The notes beneath the pieces are model-generated. The model did not search any database and was not told where the DNA came from. It was given only the letters and a program-made list of their open reading frames with translations. The position numbers were made by a program, and so were the translations under genes. A stretch of DNA of 64,000 nt, from the NCBI GenBank assembly GCA_013265495.1, contig MU057584.1, forward strand, positions 350,608 to 414,607, read 5' to 3'. This document shows, one piece after another, positions 46,101-57,412 of this stretch (its first letter is position 1; every line of letters starts with the position of its first letter). Source of the DNA: Vicugna vicugna (Eukaryota).

Positions 46101-48785
46101 GACGGAGGGAGTAGGGGTGGGGAGCAGTGGCTGGATTCTGGAGATTTTTCTAGAGTAGCCTGCACATAATGGAATGAGCACTGCTAAGATTGTGGGTGTG
46201 AGAGGTGACCAGCCCCTCATGCCCGTGATCCTCCACCTCCAGGCCACTCCACATTGCCGTAGTGCAGGGCAATTTGCCAGCTGTGCATCGGCTAGTCAAC
46301 CTCTTCCAGCATGGCGGCCGGGACCTGGATATCTATAATAACCTACGGCAGGTGAGCCTGGGGACCTGGATCTGATGGAACAGGGGGCTGGAGACCTGGA
46401 CTCCTGGGTCCTAGGGGAAGAAGAGCTGGGGGCCCTGACTGTTGAATCTGAGGGAGGAGGCGCTCCAGATTTCTGGTTCTTGAATAAGACTATAGCTAGG
46501 CGTCAGGACTCGGAAATTCTGGGGAAGGCAGGACTGGGAGGCAGGGCACGGGTCCCTTACAGTCTCTCGTCCCCAGACACCGCTACACCTGGCTGTGATC
46601 ACCACCCTGCCGTCTGTGGTCCGGCTCCTGGTGATGGCCGGTGCCAGTCCCATGGCACTGGACCGCCATGGCCAGACGGCAGCCCACCTGGCGTGCGAGC
46701 ACCGCAGCCCGGCCTGCCTGCGGGCCCTGCTGGACAGCGCGGCCGGAGGCACCGTGGACCTGGAGGCCCGCAATTACGACGGTGAGCACCTACCCGGGTG
46801 CAAGGTGGGGCTGTCTGGCAAGCCGTGGAGTTCTTCTGAGGGCGCAGAGCCCCACGCCCAGGTTTAACTGAGTCTCCCTCTCCTTCAGGGCTCACTGCCT
46901 TGCACGTGGCCGTGAATACCGAGTGCCACGAAGCCGTGCTGCTGCTGCTGGAGCATGGCGCAGACATCGACGCTGTGGTGAGCGTGCTTGGGTCGGGGGT
47001 GGAACCAATAGGAGCGGGGAGGGGCGGAGCCAACGGGGAGGGGCTACAGTGGGAGAACGCCCTGATGAGTGGGGTGGGGCTTGAAGTATGCATCCGGTTG
47101 AGATGCTAGACTAAGCGATTGCGATGCGAACCCGCCCACTGTTTGGACACAAGTAGGAGATGCTCAAAACCTTCCTTCCCTGCCGCAGGACATTAAGAGC
47201 GGCCGCTCCCCACTCATACACGCCGTCGAAAACAACAGCCTTAGCATGGTGCAGCTGCTGCTGCAGGTGGGTACGGCCTATGCCCGTGGCCTCTCGCCCA
47301 CTCTTTCCTCTGTTACCAACAGGCTGTCGCCCCATCCCTGCCACTCACTGACCCCTTCCAATTCTGTCTCCTCTCTTGCTATACTTCCAGCCCCGACCCT
47401 TCCTTCCAGGACTCTATCTGTCAACCCTGTGACTTATTTCTCTCTCTCTCTCTCTTTCACACATACACACACACACACACACCGGCTACGAACTTACCTG
47501 TGAGTTTCTCCCATTACTCCTCCGCCGTTCAAATGGCCCAAGCCGCCCCACCCAGCGAGAGTCTTACTGATCCTGCCTTCCGGCTTTGGCCCTGTCTCCG
47601 TGCTGTCCTTCTGCCTCAACTGTGACCACCATTAGGCCCATACTCTGGACTCTTCCCATCTCTGACTCCACCCTACCTTGGCCAGGGCTGCCGAGTCCAG
47701 CACGGGTTGATTCAGCGCCGCCCCCCATCCCGCTCTGTCCAGCTTCCAGCCTTCTCTCGCCCCACCCCGATGTGGCCCCGCCCCAGGCTCTGATCCCACC
47801 CGGCCCCGCCCCTCCCTCTGGCCCCAGCCCCTCCCGGCCCGCAGCACGGCGCCAACGTGAACGCTCAGATGTACTCGGGCAGCTCGGCGCTGCACTCGGC
47901 GTCGGGCCGCGGGCTCCTCCCGCTCGTGCGCACGCTGGTCCGCAGCGGCGCCGACAGCGGCCTCAAGAACTGCCACAACGACACGCCGCTGATGGTGGCG
48001 CGCAGCCGCCGGGTGAGCGTGCGCGCTGGTGGCGGTGGGAGTTGCGGGGGCGGCGGAGGAGGGGTCTGTGCCCGAGCGCCGGTCAGCGTGGATGTGAGTG
48101 GGCACGTATATGCAGGGGTGCGGCGGTTTGCGTGTGCGTGTCCGTGCAGGGCGTGGAGGCGGGCGGGTGAGCCAGAGTGCGTGGATGTGAGTTCCGGACA
48201 GAGGAGAGACTGAGGCACAAAGACGGGAAGTGACCCGCCCGCCTTCACATACTGAGGTAGAGGCAGTGCCCATTTGAACATGGACACCCCATGAGCTAGG
48301 CGAGGTGGAGAAAGGCGGTGCTGGGTGGGCAAGGGTGGCTTGGTAATGACCCCGCATCTTCCTACAGGTCATCGACATCCTGAGGGGGAAGGCCACCCGG
48401 CCGGCTCCTGCATCCCAGCCTGAGCCTTCCTCTGACCGGAGCACCACCACCTCCCCGGAGAGCAGCAGCCGAGTCAGCTCCAATGGTGAGAAATCAGCCC
48501 CCTCCTCCCTCAGCACCCAGGAGTGGGGGCCCCCAGCACCCTTTCTCTGGATCCAGTCTCACTGCCCTCACGCCTCCTCTCTCTTTTCTTCCCACAGGTC
48601 TTCTGTCAGCATCACCTCCCTCCTCGCCCTCCCAGTCTCCCCCTAAAGACCTCCCTGGATTCCCCATGGCTCCCCCCAGTTTCTTCCTTCCTCCCTCATC
48701 TCCACCTACCTTCTTGCCCTTTTCTGGGGTCCTCCGAGCCCCTGGCCAGCCGGTGCCCCCTTCCCCAGCTCCAGGAGGCAGCTGA
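39856..48785 (+). CDS. BCL3: BCL3, atypical nuclear IkB ankyrin-repeat protein. Exons 39856-40111, 41911-42064, 46243-46351, 46577-46781, 46889-46977, 47189-47266, 47845-48012, 48368-48485, 48598-48785; 1365 nt = 454 aa
   Basis: MPRCPAGTMDEGPVDLRTRPK N-terminus, ankyrin repeats (DGDTPLHIAV, TPLHLAV, GQTAAHLAC, GLTALHVAV, GRSPLIHAV, GSSALHSAS, NDTPLMVA), Pro/Ser-rich C-terminus ending PAPGGS*. All junctions are GT-AG and in frame. Confidence 0.98.
40377..40648. repeat. Tandem duplication (period 138) in BCL3 intron 1
   Basis: 40377-40513 versus 40515-40648 differ by two substitutions and a net 3-nt deletion. Confidence 0.95.
41911..42064 (+). CDS. BCL3: BCL3 exon 2 (154 nt)
   Basis: ctctgcccag|GA CCT TTA...GAC GGA GAC AC|gtgagt. 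Confidence 0.95.
43380..43620. promoter_or_regulatory. BCL3 intron 2 NF-kB enhancer candidate
   Basis: GGGAAATCCC at 43424-43433, TTACCGGAA at 43560-43568, local CpG enrichment. An NF-kB-responsive intron-2 enhancer is known for human BCL3. Confidence 0.6.
44100..44420. promoter_or_regulatory. BCL3 intron 2 STAT-responsive enhancer candidate
   Basis: Three GAS-like sites TTACTGGAA (44182-44190), TTATGGGAA (44262-44270), TTCTCTGAA (44287-44295), plus GC boxes and CpGs. An IL-6/STAT3 intronic enhancer is known for human BCL3. Confidence 0.6.
45490..46170 (-). mobile_element. L2 LINE fragment in BCL3 intron 2
   Basis: TTCCAGGCAAAGGGAACAGCCAGTGTGAAAGCCCTG...TTTGAGGAACAGCAAGGAGG is the reverse complement of the L2 core. 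Confidence 0.65.
46243..46351 (+). CDS. BCL3: BCL3 exon 3 (109 nt)
   Basis: ctccag|G CCA CTC CAC ATT GCC (PLHIAVVQGN)...CTA CGG CAG|gtgagc. Confidence 0.95.
46577..46781 (+). CDS. BCL3: BCL3 exon 4 (205 nt)
   Basis: ccccag|TPLHLAVITT...DLEARNYD G|gtgagc. Confidence 0.95.
46889..46977 (+). CDS. BCL3: BCL3 exon 5 (89 nt)
   Basis: ccttcag|GLTALHVAVNTECHEAVLLLLEHGADIDAV|gtgagc. Confidence 0.95.
47189..47266 (+). CDS. BCL3: BCL3 exon 6 (78 nt)
   Basis: tgccgcag|DIKSGRSPLIHAVENNSLSMVQLLLQ|gtgggt. Confidence 0.95.
47760..48180. promoter_or_regulatory. Intragenic CpG island over BCL3 exon 7
   Basis: Very high CpG density across exon 7 and flanking intron sequence. Confidence 0.65.
47845..48012 (+). 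CDS. BCL3: BCL3 exon 7 (168 nt)
   Basis: cccgcag|HGANVNAQMYSGSSALH...PLMVARSRR|gtgagc. Confidence 0.95.
48368..48485 (+). CDS. BCL3: BCL3 exon 8 (118 nt)
   Basis: cctacag|VIDILRGKATRPAPASQPEPSSDRSTTTSPESSSRVSSN G|gtgaga. Confidence 0.95.
48598..48785 (+). CDS. BCL3: BCL3 exon 9 coding part (188 nt)
   Basis: cttcccacag|GLLSASPPSSPSQSPP...PSPAPGGS TGA. Confidence 0.95.
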
Positions 48786-49189
48786 GAGGGATGGGGGGGC
48801 AGATCTCGGACTCATGAGGAGGGACCTTGCTGCCCAATGGGGTCAGCCCTCCTGAAAACTGTGAAGATCTCACTCTGCCCCCCCAATCTTCTGGACCAGG
48901 ATTTGCACAAAGGCACATGTATTTACCCATAAGCCCCCTCTTCTCAGCACAGATATTCCCCCAACTCATCTCTGGCACCCAGGACTCTGACCCCCATTAT
49001 TCTCAGGCGCCTGTCTCCTGTCTGGAACTCCACCCAAATGTTCATTTCCTTCTCCTCTTCCAGAGATGGTGGAACCGAGGAAAAGCCACTCTTCTTTGTG
49101 CTCTCCCCAGTTGGATGAGGAGAGATGGACTGTAGCCAGGCACTGATAACAATGTAAATTATTAGGCATTTTGGTTGAATTTCTTTTGT

Positions 49190-49195
49190 AATAAA
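49190..49195 (+). terminator. BCL3: BCL3 polyadenylation signal
   Basis: AATAAA ~400 nt after the stop, in a U-rich context, with GT-rich sequence downstream. Confidence 0.8.
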
Positions 49196-49789
49196 CTATT
49201 TTTGTACCATATCCCTGGCTTGGTGGGGCCTCTCTCATGCAGAGGTCTGGAGGAGGCGTGTTTGTGTGTGTGCACACCTGGACACTATATCCAGCTGACT
49301 CCAGGAATGACCTTGTGAGTCTCAGACTGACAGTGATGTGTATGGGTGCCTCTGGGGCTCCTGGTGTGTTTGGTTGTAAGTGGTCTGTCACTGTGTCACT
49401 GTGCCACTGTTTTATGCAAATGACGTGATGTGTGACATCTTTCTGGGGACTCTGTTGGATTCCATGGGATGGGAGCTCTGGGTGTGGGCAGGTGTGAGTG
49501 GTGTGCTTTTGAGGGATGCAGCAGTTTGTGGGTCCCTGTGGTACCACAGCTGACTGTTGTGTACCTGCTGTAAACTGTTGATTCCGGGGTCTGTGGGTTG
49601 CCTTGTGTGTAGCATCCGTGGGTGTTCCTAACACGGAGGGAGACCTGTGGTCATCCAGTGTGATTGTTTTTGTGTGACTACCTTACTTGATGTGTAACAT
49701 TTTACTCTGGCTCCAGGGCCCCCACAACATACAGGTTTATTTTTAACTCTCTAGACATGTCTCTTGTGTATCAGTCAGGGTTTACACTC

Positions 49790-50235
49790 ATTTCTTATTG
49801 CCACAGTAAAAAAGCAACACAAAGTGAGCGGCTTAAAACAACACAAATTCATCCTCTGATAGTTCTGGAGGTCAGAATTCCAAAATCAGCTTCACTGGGC
49901 CAAAGTTAAGGTGTCAACAGAGCTGGTTCCTTCTGGAAGTTCCAGGGGAGAATCTGTTCCCTTTCTTTATCCAGCTTCTAGAGGCTACCTGCATTCCTTG
50001 GCTTGTAGCCCCTTCCTGGTATTGCTCCAACTTCTTGCTTCCATCTGCACATCTCCTATTCTAATCTCCTGCCTCCCTCTTAGAAGGACCCTGTGATAAT
50101 CCCCCTGGGTCCACCCAGATAATCCAGGATAATCTGCCCATCTCAGGATCCTTATCTGCCAAATCCCTTTTGCCATATGATACTTCACACATTCACAGAT
50201 TCCAGAGATTAGGATGTAGATATTTGTTGGTAGCC
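49790..50235 (-). mobile_element. MLT1-type solo LTR
   Basis: GGCTTAAAACAACACAAATT...AGTTCTGGAGGTCAGAA...GATAATCCAGGATAATCT. Confidence 0.7.
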
Positions 50236-50489
50236 TTAACGCAGCTGACCCTGGACATCAATCAGAGAAGCAACTACTAGGAGGTAGGTATATGGATGAG
50301 AGATTTGTGACAAGGATTTTCCCATCAAGAAGGGCAGATGGATGTACAGTGAGGGTGGGGAGCAAGGACTAGCAGGGACCCCTGAGGAAGGACTGGACCC
50401 GATGTCAGCCCCCACTGCCTCCAGCCTTGGTGAAGGGGGTGTCCTTCCAGAGAAGCTGGCAACCTTTGCCCCGTTCTATTGGTCTTTTC

Positions 50490-51190
50490 TTTTTATTGAA
50501 GTATTTTTGGTTTGCATGTTGTGTTAATTTCCGGTGTTAATTTCATAGTGATTCATTGTACACATATATATTCCTTTTCATATTCTTTTTCATTATAGGT
50601 TATTAGAAAGTATTGAAAATAGTTCCCTGTGCTAAACAGTAGGACCTTGTTGTTCGTCTATTTTATATATAGTAGTTAGCATCTGCAAATCCCGAACTCA
50701 TTTTAACCTTCCGCACCACTCCCTTTCCACCCTGGTAACCATAAGTTTGTTTTCTATGTCTGTGAGTTTGTTTCTGTTTTGTAAATAATTTCATTTGTGT
50801 CATTTTTTTTTAGATTCCCCATATAAGTGATATCATATGGTACTTTTCTTTCTGACTTACTTCACTTAGTATGACGATCTTCAGGTCCATCCACGTTGCT
50901 ATAAATGGCAGTATTGTATTCTTTTTATGGCTGAGTAATATTCCATTATATAAATACACCACAACTTCTTTATCCAGTCAACTGTTGATGGACATTTAGG
51001 TTGTTTCCATGTCTTGTAAATAGTGCTGCTGTGAACATTGGGGTGCATGTATCTTCAAATTTGAGTTTCCTCCGGATAGATTCCCAGGAAGGGAATTGCT
51101 GGATCATAGGGTAACTCTATTTTTAGTTTTTACTTCCTTCTTAAGGAATCTCCATACTGTTTTCCATAGCGGCTGCACCAAGCTACATTC
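50490..51190 (-). mobile_element. L1 3' fragment
   Basis: TTAGATTCCCCATATAAGTGATATCAT...GGACATTTAGGTTGTTTCCATGTCTTG...TGGATCATAGGGTAACTCTATTTTTAG. Confidence 0.8.
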
Positions 51191-51379
51191 CTATCTATTG
51201 GTCTTGAGTGACCATGTGTTTGTATGTTTCTGAGTGATGCTAAATGCTGTTTTTTTTAATCTAGGGGGGCCTCCATGGGCCTCTGGGTCTTTGTATGTCT
51301 TGGCTATTGTGAACATTTCTGCTGCCACGACTTCATAACGTGTTCTATATGTGGGGCCAACTGTCTCAATGTCTTCCTC

Positions 51380-51800
51380 GTGTTGCCAAAACATGGTCTC
51401 CGTACCCCACTTACCGAATTGAGACTCGAGGACAGAGCTTTGCATGAAGTAGAAAGGGCAGCTTTATTTCTTTGCCAGGCAAAGGAGGTCACAGTGGGAT
51501 AATGCTTCTATGACTGTGAGCCTGCTGGGGAGAGACGGCAGAGGGTTTATAGTAAAAGTTCAAGAAATTGAGAGGCAGAACTATCTTCCATAGAGATTGC
51601 ATACAATGTGATAAACTGTTGCAAAGTTGTTTTTATTTTTGTAGATACTGTGGTCCCCTTCCCTCTGCTGGGTATGAAGTTCACCTCCAGGTTTGGGAGT
51701 TTCTTAATATTCTTATATCTAGAACAAAGGATGCTTAGGAAGGGGCTCTGTGGAAAAGAGCTCTAGAGAAAAACTTGTGCAGTTTAAAGTCAGGTTGATA
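51380..51800 (-). mobile_element. ERV LTR-like fragment
   Basis: Starts TGTTGCC, has a minus-strand AATAAA (CTTTATTT ~51462) and TTTATAG TATA-like motif (~51546) arranged as in a reversed LTR. Family not determined. Confidence 0.45.
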
Positions 51801-52375
51801 AATACTTTTCTCCTTTTAAGCAGACTGAGGCCTGGGATCTCCTGCTGCAGGCCTCAGCCTGCAGCTCAAACAACAGGATACAAGGAAACCACAAGGGGTC
51901 AAGAGGAGGGCACTGGAGTCAGGAGGAGAGCACTGGGGGCAAAAGCAGAGCACTGAGCATTATCCCTGTACCCAGAACCACAAGGGAGTGGGTGGATCAC
52001 CCAAACCTCCCTCCTCTCCAGCCCAACTTGGTCAGCAAGAGGATAAGAAAAACCCTTTAAACCATTATACAGTTAGGCAGTTACAAACACTTACAGATAT
52101 CAGATGGCCACCGATGACAATAGAGTCCTGCTCGGTTACACTGAGAGACACTGTTGGGTTCCATGAATAGCTGTGTGTGTATGTGTGGACACGTACATGC
52201 ATGCACACACATCCACACATGCACTTCTGGGTCAGCTCTGACTGGGTGGCCCACAATCACCTGACCGTCCTGACCCAGGTGGCCACGTGTCTTTGTGTGT
52301 TTTTGTGACCATGTGCCAGTGTTCTTGCCCCTACCTCTGGGCTATGGTGGCCCTACTGCTGCCTCATTTGGAAGC

Positions 52376-52820
52376 TGTATTAGTTTCCTAGGGCTGTGAC
52401 AGATGGCCACGAACTAGGTGGCTTAAAACAGAAATTTATTCTCTGACAGCTCTGGAGGCCAGAAGTCCAAAATCAAGGTGTCAGCAGGGCTGCACTCTCT
52501 CCAAAGGCTCTCAGGGCAGACCCTTCCTTGCCTCTTCCAGCTTCTGGTGGCTCTGGCATTCCCTGGCTTGTGGCTGCATCCCTTCCATCTCTGCCTCCAT
52601 CTCCATCTCTGTGTGTCTGTGTCTTCTCATCTCTCTTATAATGACAATTGTCTTAAGGTTTAGGGCCCACCCAGATAATCCAGGATCATCTCTCTTCGAG
52701 ATCCTCACCTTAACTGCATCTGCAAATACCCTTTTTCCAAATAAGATCACATGCACAGGTCCTAGGGGGTTAGAATGGTTTCATATCTTCGTGGGAGGCC
52801 ACCACTCAGCCCACTACAGA
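52376..52820 (-). mobile_element. MLT1-type solo LTR
   Basis: TGTATTAGTTTCCTAGGGCTG...GGCTTAAAACAGAAATTTATTCTC...CAGCCCACTACA. Confidence 0.75.
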
Positions 52821-54189
52821 AGGTGACTGTTGGGCCCTGTAAGCAGCTGTGTGTGCAAACTTCCCATGTGATAGTACCACCACACCAGTAAGGTCGCGGG
52901 CAATGACTGTCTCTCCAGCAGACAGTGAGCCCTGGGTACCCAGCACTCACAGCAGCCAGCACAGAGCAGACCCAGAGAAGTGACGGTAGAATGGGTGAGC
53001 CTTGCCCACCCCCTGCTGCGTTATGGCGTCTGCAATCCTTTGTGGCTGTTTGGTCCCCTGTCACACAGTGCAGATTTGTGGAGTGTGAACAGAAACAAAT
53101 CTGAGCAGCCGTGTATTGACCATGATGATGCCCATATTCCAGACAAGAATACTGAGACTCAGAGAGAACAAGCTGCCTATCCAAGACCGGATGCGCTGCC
53201 TCCAAAATCCATGCTCATATTTGCTGGGCCCTTGCCTGAAAGGAAGGCTGTGTGTGGTTGTGTCTCTTAAGTGCGTGTGTGTGCATGTGTATGGGCTACT
53301 GGAATAGGGGTAGGTGAACAGGTGGGTGGGTCACCGAGGGCAAAGGCCCTGGACTCAGAACTGAGCTCGAGTCCTAGCTCTGTGACCTTGATCATGAGAC
53401 TTCACAGCCCTGAGCCTCCACTTCCTCATCTGTAAAATGGGAATAATAGCCCGCTCTCAGGGTTGGTGGGTTGATGGGGATTTGATGAGAGTGGAGATGC
53501 CAGGCCCACTGGAGTGTGTCCTGGGAGTTTCCTCATACCTGTGGGTCCAGGCTGTGGGTGATATGGTGCTATGTGTGAGAGAAACTATCCTCGGGTTCAA
53601 AAACTGAACCCAGCACTGACCTTGGTAAGTTACTTCTCTAAAACAAAGGATCTGGCTTCTCCACACATGGAAATCCCCTCTCAGCCTCCTGACCTTGGGA
53701 CTGGGCACGTGTCCTTCCACACCCCTCCCCCTCCCCCCGAAGAAAGGCAGACTCCAAGGAGAGGGGTGGGGAGGGCCATATATAGGGTCTCCAGCCCCCC
53801 AGCCCTCTCTCAGCCACCACCACCAAGACTGTTCTCCTCATCTGTGAAAGTCCTAGTGTTCTAGGGCCAGAAGTCATACTTTCCATGCATTTTTCCAGGG
53901 CCCCAGCCCCTGATGCAAAGTTTCACTTGTTATCACCACCCTGGGTAAACCCAGAAGCTCAGTCAGAGAATCTCTCTTCCAAGTGTATGTGTGAAATCTG
54001 CCAAATCTTAAATGGTGCTGTTCCCCTAAAATGATTTTAAGAGCACAAGAACTAAACAGAATATATCTTCTGGTTAGCTGTTAGCAGACCCTCATGTAAA
54101 CGACACCTCCATTTTACAAAAAGGGAAACTGAGGGCCAGAAAGGGAAGACACTGACACTGAAGGGTCGATGAGTCCGGGATTCCATGAT

Positions 54190-54845
54190 TGACCTTAACC
54201 AAGTGATGGAATTCGGCACCAATAATGGGATGACTAGCATCATGTACCTTCTGATACAATGCACCGAGAAGAATCCAGCATCACTTTTATAATATTCCGG
54301 CCACCAGAATCTGAACAACAAGGAAACATTAGACAAACCCTAATCTAGACATCTTACAAAAGAACTAAAAACTGGCTTGCAGTGTTCAAAAATGTCAATG
54401 TCATAAAAGGCTGAGCAGTTGTCCCAGACTGAAGGAGACTAAAAAGACAACAAAACTAAATGCAACATGTGATCTCGGCTTGGATCCTGGACTGGGAAAT
54501 GTGGTTTACTAAAAAAGATAGTTTGGGGACAAATGGCAACTTGAATATAGGCTGCACCGTTAGATGCTTGTATTGTATAACTGTTAAACGTCCTGTTTTC
54601 GATAACCTTTCTGTGACTGTGTAAAAGAATGTCCTTAAATGTGGAAATACACACCTGAGTGTTTAGGGGAGAAGAGGTATACTGTCTGAAACTTACTCCC
54701 AAATGGTTCGGGGAAGGGAGGAGAGCAAATGATAAAGCAAACTGACAAAGTGTTAGCAATTGGGGAACCTGAGTGAAGGGTATACAAGAAGCCTTTGCCC
54801 TATTCTCGCAACTTTTCCGTAAGTTTAAAATTATTTCAAGAAAGA
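54190..54845 (+). mobile_element. Ancient L1 (L1MC-like) 3' UTR fragment
   Basis: ACTAAATGCAACATGTGATC...TGGATCCTGGAC...GGTATACAAGAAG...TTCTCGCAACTTTTC. Confidence 0.6.
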
Positions 54846-54990
54846 AAAGAATGCTTGCAAATTAAAAGTCATGGTTTAAAGGTCTATGGTTTTCAGGCTC
54901 TGTGTTTCTAAGAGTATCTAAGTCTGTGGGTGTCTCTGTGCTGAGTTTGGGAAATCAGGAGGGTGAATTTGTGGCTTCAGATTCTGCCTT

Positions 54991-55175
54991 GGGGTGTGAC
55001 CTGGGTTTTAGGGTGTGGTTAAGATCTAGGGGTGTGACCAGAGTGTTGGGGGTGTGGCCAAAGTTTCAGAGGCATGGCCTGGATGAGGGGCAGGCCATAT
55101 CCTGGGGGTGTGGTCAGAACCTAGGGGCATGGCCAGATTCTCGGAGGTGTGGCCAGAGTCGGCAGGTGGAGCCTG
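54991..55175 (+). repeat. Degenerate ~19-20-bp tandem repeat with GGGTGTGGCC core, ~10 units
   Basis: Cores at 54991, 55011, 55031, 55051, 55071, 55089, 55106, 55126, 55146. Confidence 0.75.
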
Positions 55176-55244
55176 AGATGTTAAGGGAGGAGATAAGTCT
55201 GTGCTTAGAGCACCCTCTTGTGGGGTCTGGCGTCCACTTTTTTA

Positions 55245-56575
55245 AACAGTTTTATTGAAATATAATATATATAGCCTACAATTCAACTGAAGAGTACAAA
55301 TCAATGGTTTCAGTAAATTCAAAGAGTTGTGCAATCATCACCACAATCAATATTGTGATTTCTGACTTGCTTCACTTGGAATGACAATCTCCAGGTCCAT
55401 CCATGTTGCTGCAAATGGCATTATTTTATTCTTTTTTATGGCTGAGTAGTATTCCATTGTATAAATATACCACATCTTCTTTATCCAGTCATCTGTCAAT
55501 GGACATTTAGGTTGCTTCCATGTCTTGGCTATTGTAAGTAGTGCTGCTATGAACATTGAGGTATATGTGTCCTTTCAAATTATATTTTCCTCCAGATATA
55601 TGCCCAGGAGTAGGATTGCTGGATCGTATGATAAGTCTATTTTTAGCTTTCTGAGGAATCTCCATACTGTTTTCTATAGTGGCTGCCCCAATTTACATTC
55701 CCATCAACAATGTAGAAGGGTTCCTTTTTCTCCACACCCTCTCCAGCATTTATGGTTTGTGGACTTTTTAATGATGGCCATTCTGACTGCTGTGAGGTGA
55801 TATCTCATGGTAGCTTTGATTTGCATTTCTCTGACAATTAGTGATGTTGAGGATCTTTTCATGTGCTTGTTGGCCATCTGGATGTCTTCTTTGGAGAAAT
55901 GTCTATCTGGGTATTACCATAATCAATTTAAAAACATTTCTTCACACACACCCCCAAAAGAAACCCCACACCTATTAGTAGTCATTTCCTATTTCCCCCT
56001 TCCTTCAGCCCTAGGCAACCACTAATATATTTTCTGTCTCTATAGATTTGCCTATTCTGGACATTTTATAGATACTGAATCATATAATATGTGGTCTTTG
56101 TGATTGGTTTCTTTGACTTAGTGTAATGTTTATGAGTTTCATCCACACTGTAGCCTGTATTAGTACTGTGTTCCTTTTAATGGCCAAATAATATTCTGTT
56201 GTATGGGCATACTGCATTTAATTTACCCATTTATCTATTTTCATTTGAGGGACATTTAAATTGTTTCCACAAATCTTTGCATGGGATATATGTTTTGAAT
56301 TCTCTGTGAAATATACACATAGGCATGGAATTCCTGGGTCATACAGTGACTCTATGTTTAACATTTTCAACATTTTGAGAAGATGCCAAACTTTTATCCA
56401 AGGCAGCTGCACCATTTTACACCCACAACAGCAGTGTCTGAGGGTTCCAACTTCTCCACAGCCTCCCCAATACACATTATTGTCTGTTTTTTTCTTTGTA
56501 GCCTTCCTGGCAGGTGTGAAGTGAGATCTTCTTGTGGTTTTGATTTTCATTTCCCTAACTGATAGTGATTTTTCT
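55245..56575 (-). mobile_element. Older L1 3' fragment containing a younger L1 ORF2-end insert (55352-55915)
   Basis: Minus-strand ORF 55347-55556 [19 protein letters not shown]...[14 protein letters not shown] is the L1 ORF2 C-terminus. A second degraded copy lies at 56218-56592. Confidence 0.85.
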
Positions 56576-56981
56576 GTATCTTTTCTTACCATCCATTTCT
56601 TTTGTATCCACTACGCAATTATATGAATTCTTAATCAGTTTGCAATATTTGATCCAGATTTTTTATTTTTTAAAACATTTTTATTGAGTTATAGTTATTT
56701 TAGAATGTTGTGTCAAATTCCAGTATGATCCAAATTTTTTAAATTAAAGCATTAACAATATCATTGTAGTCCCACTGTATCCTCAAAGTCCATCTTTTCC
56801 CTTCTTCATGTACTGCATTCAGTGCTGAATTCCTGCATTACCACTCATGGTTTCATATGATTATGACATACAATGTGATATAATAAATAATATAGAGCAC
56901 CTGTTTTGCAGGTTTTCTAACTCTGTATAAATAACATTGTGTTGTACTAATCCTTCAGCGTTTCAAAAAAAAAAAACTCAT

Positions 56982-57412
56982 TGTGTTAGTTTCCTGTTGC
57001 TGCCATTAACAGAGGACCACAAACTGAATGGCTTAAGCCAATAAATTTATTCTCTCACAATTCTGGGGACTGGGAGCCCCAAGTCAACATGTTGGCAGGG
57101 CTTTCTCTCTTTGAAGGCTCTAGGGGAGGGTCCTTCCTTGCCTCTTCCTAGCTTCCAGCGTTTGCCAGCAATTTGTGGCATTCCTTGGCTTACAGATGCA
57201 TCACTCATCTCTGCTTCCATCATCACATAGCTTTCTCCCTATGGGCATACCTGTTTCTGTGTCCAAATTTCCAGTCATATTGGATTTAGGGCTCATCCTA
57301 ATTCAGTACAACCTCACCTTAACTTGGGTAACTCCAAAAACTCTATTTCTAAATAAGGCCACCTTCACAGGTTCCAGTGGACATGAATGGGGGAGGGCCA
57401 CTATTCAACACA
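56982..57412 (-). mobile_element. MLT1-type solo LTR
   Basis: TGTGTTAGTTTCCTGTTGCTGCC...AATTTATTCTCTCACAATTCTGG...CTATTCAACACA. Confidence 0.7.

Noticed and set aside
48180..48367. Possible orthologue of a human intronic BCL3 miRNA
   Set aside because: No convincing hairpin or recognisable mature sequence by eye.
47632..48516. 294-aa minus-strand ORF and other long antisense ORFs over BCL3/CBLC CpG islands
   Set aside because: These are GC-rich shadows of real exons with few stops by composition and no recognisable domain.
55347..55556. ORF with strong protein-like signal ([14 protein letters not shown])
   Set aside because: This is a truncated L1 ORF2 remnant, not a host gene.
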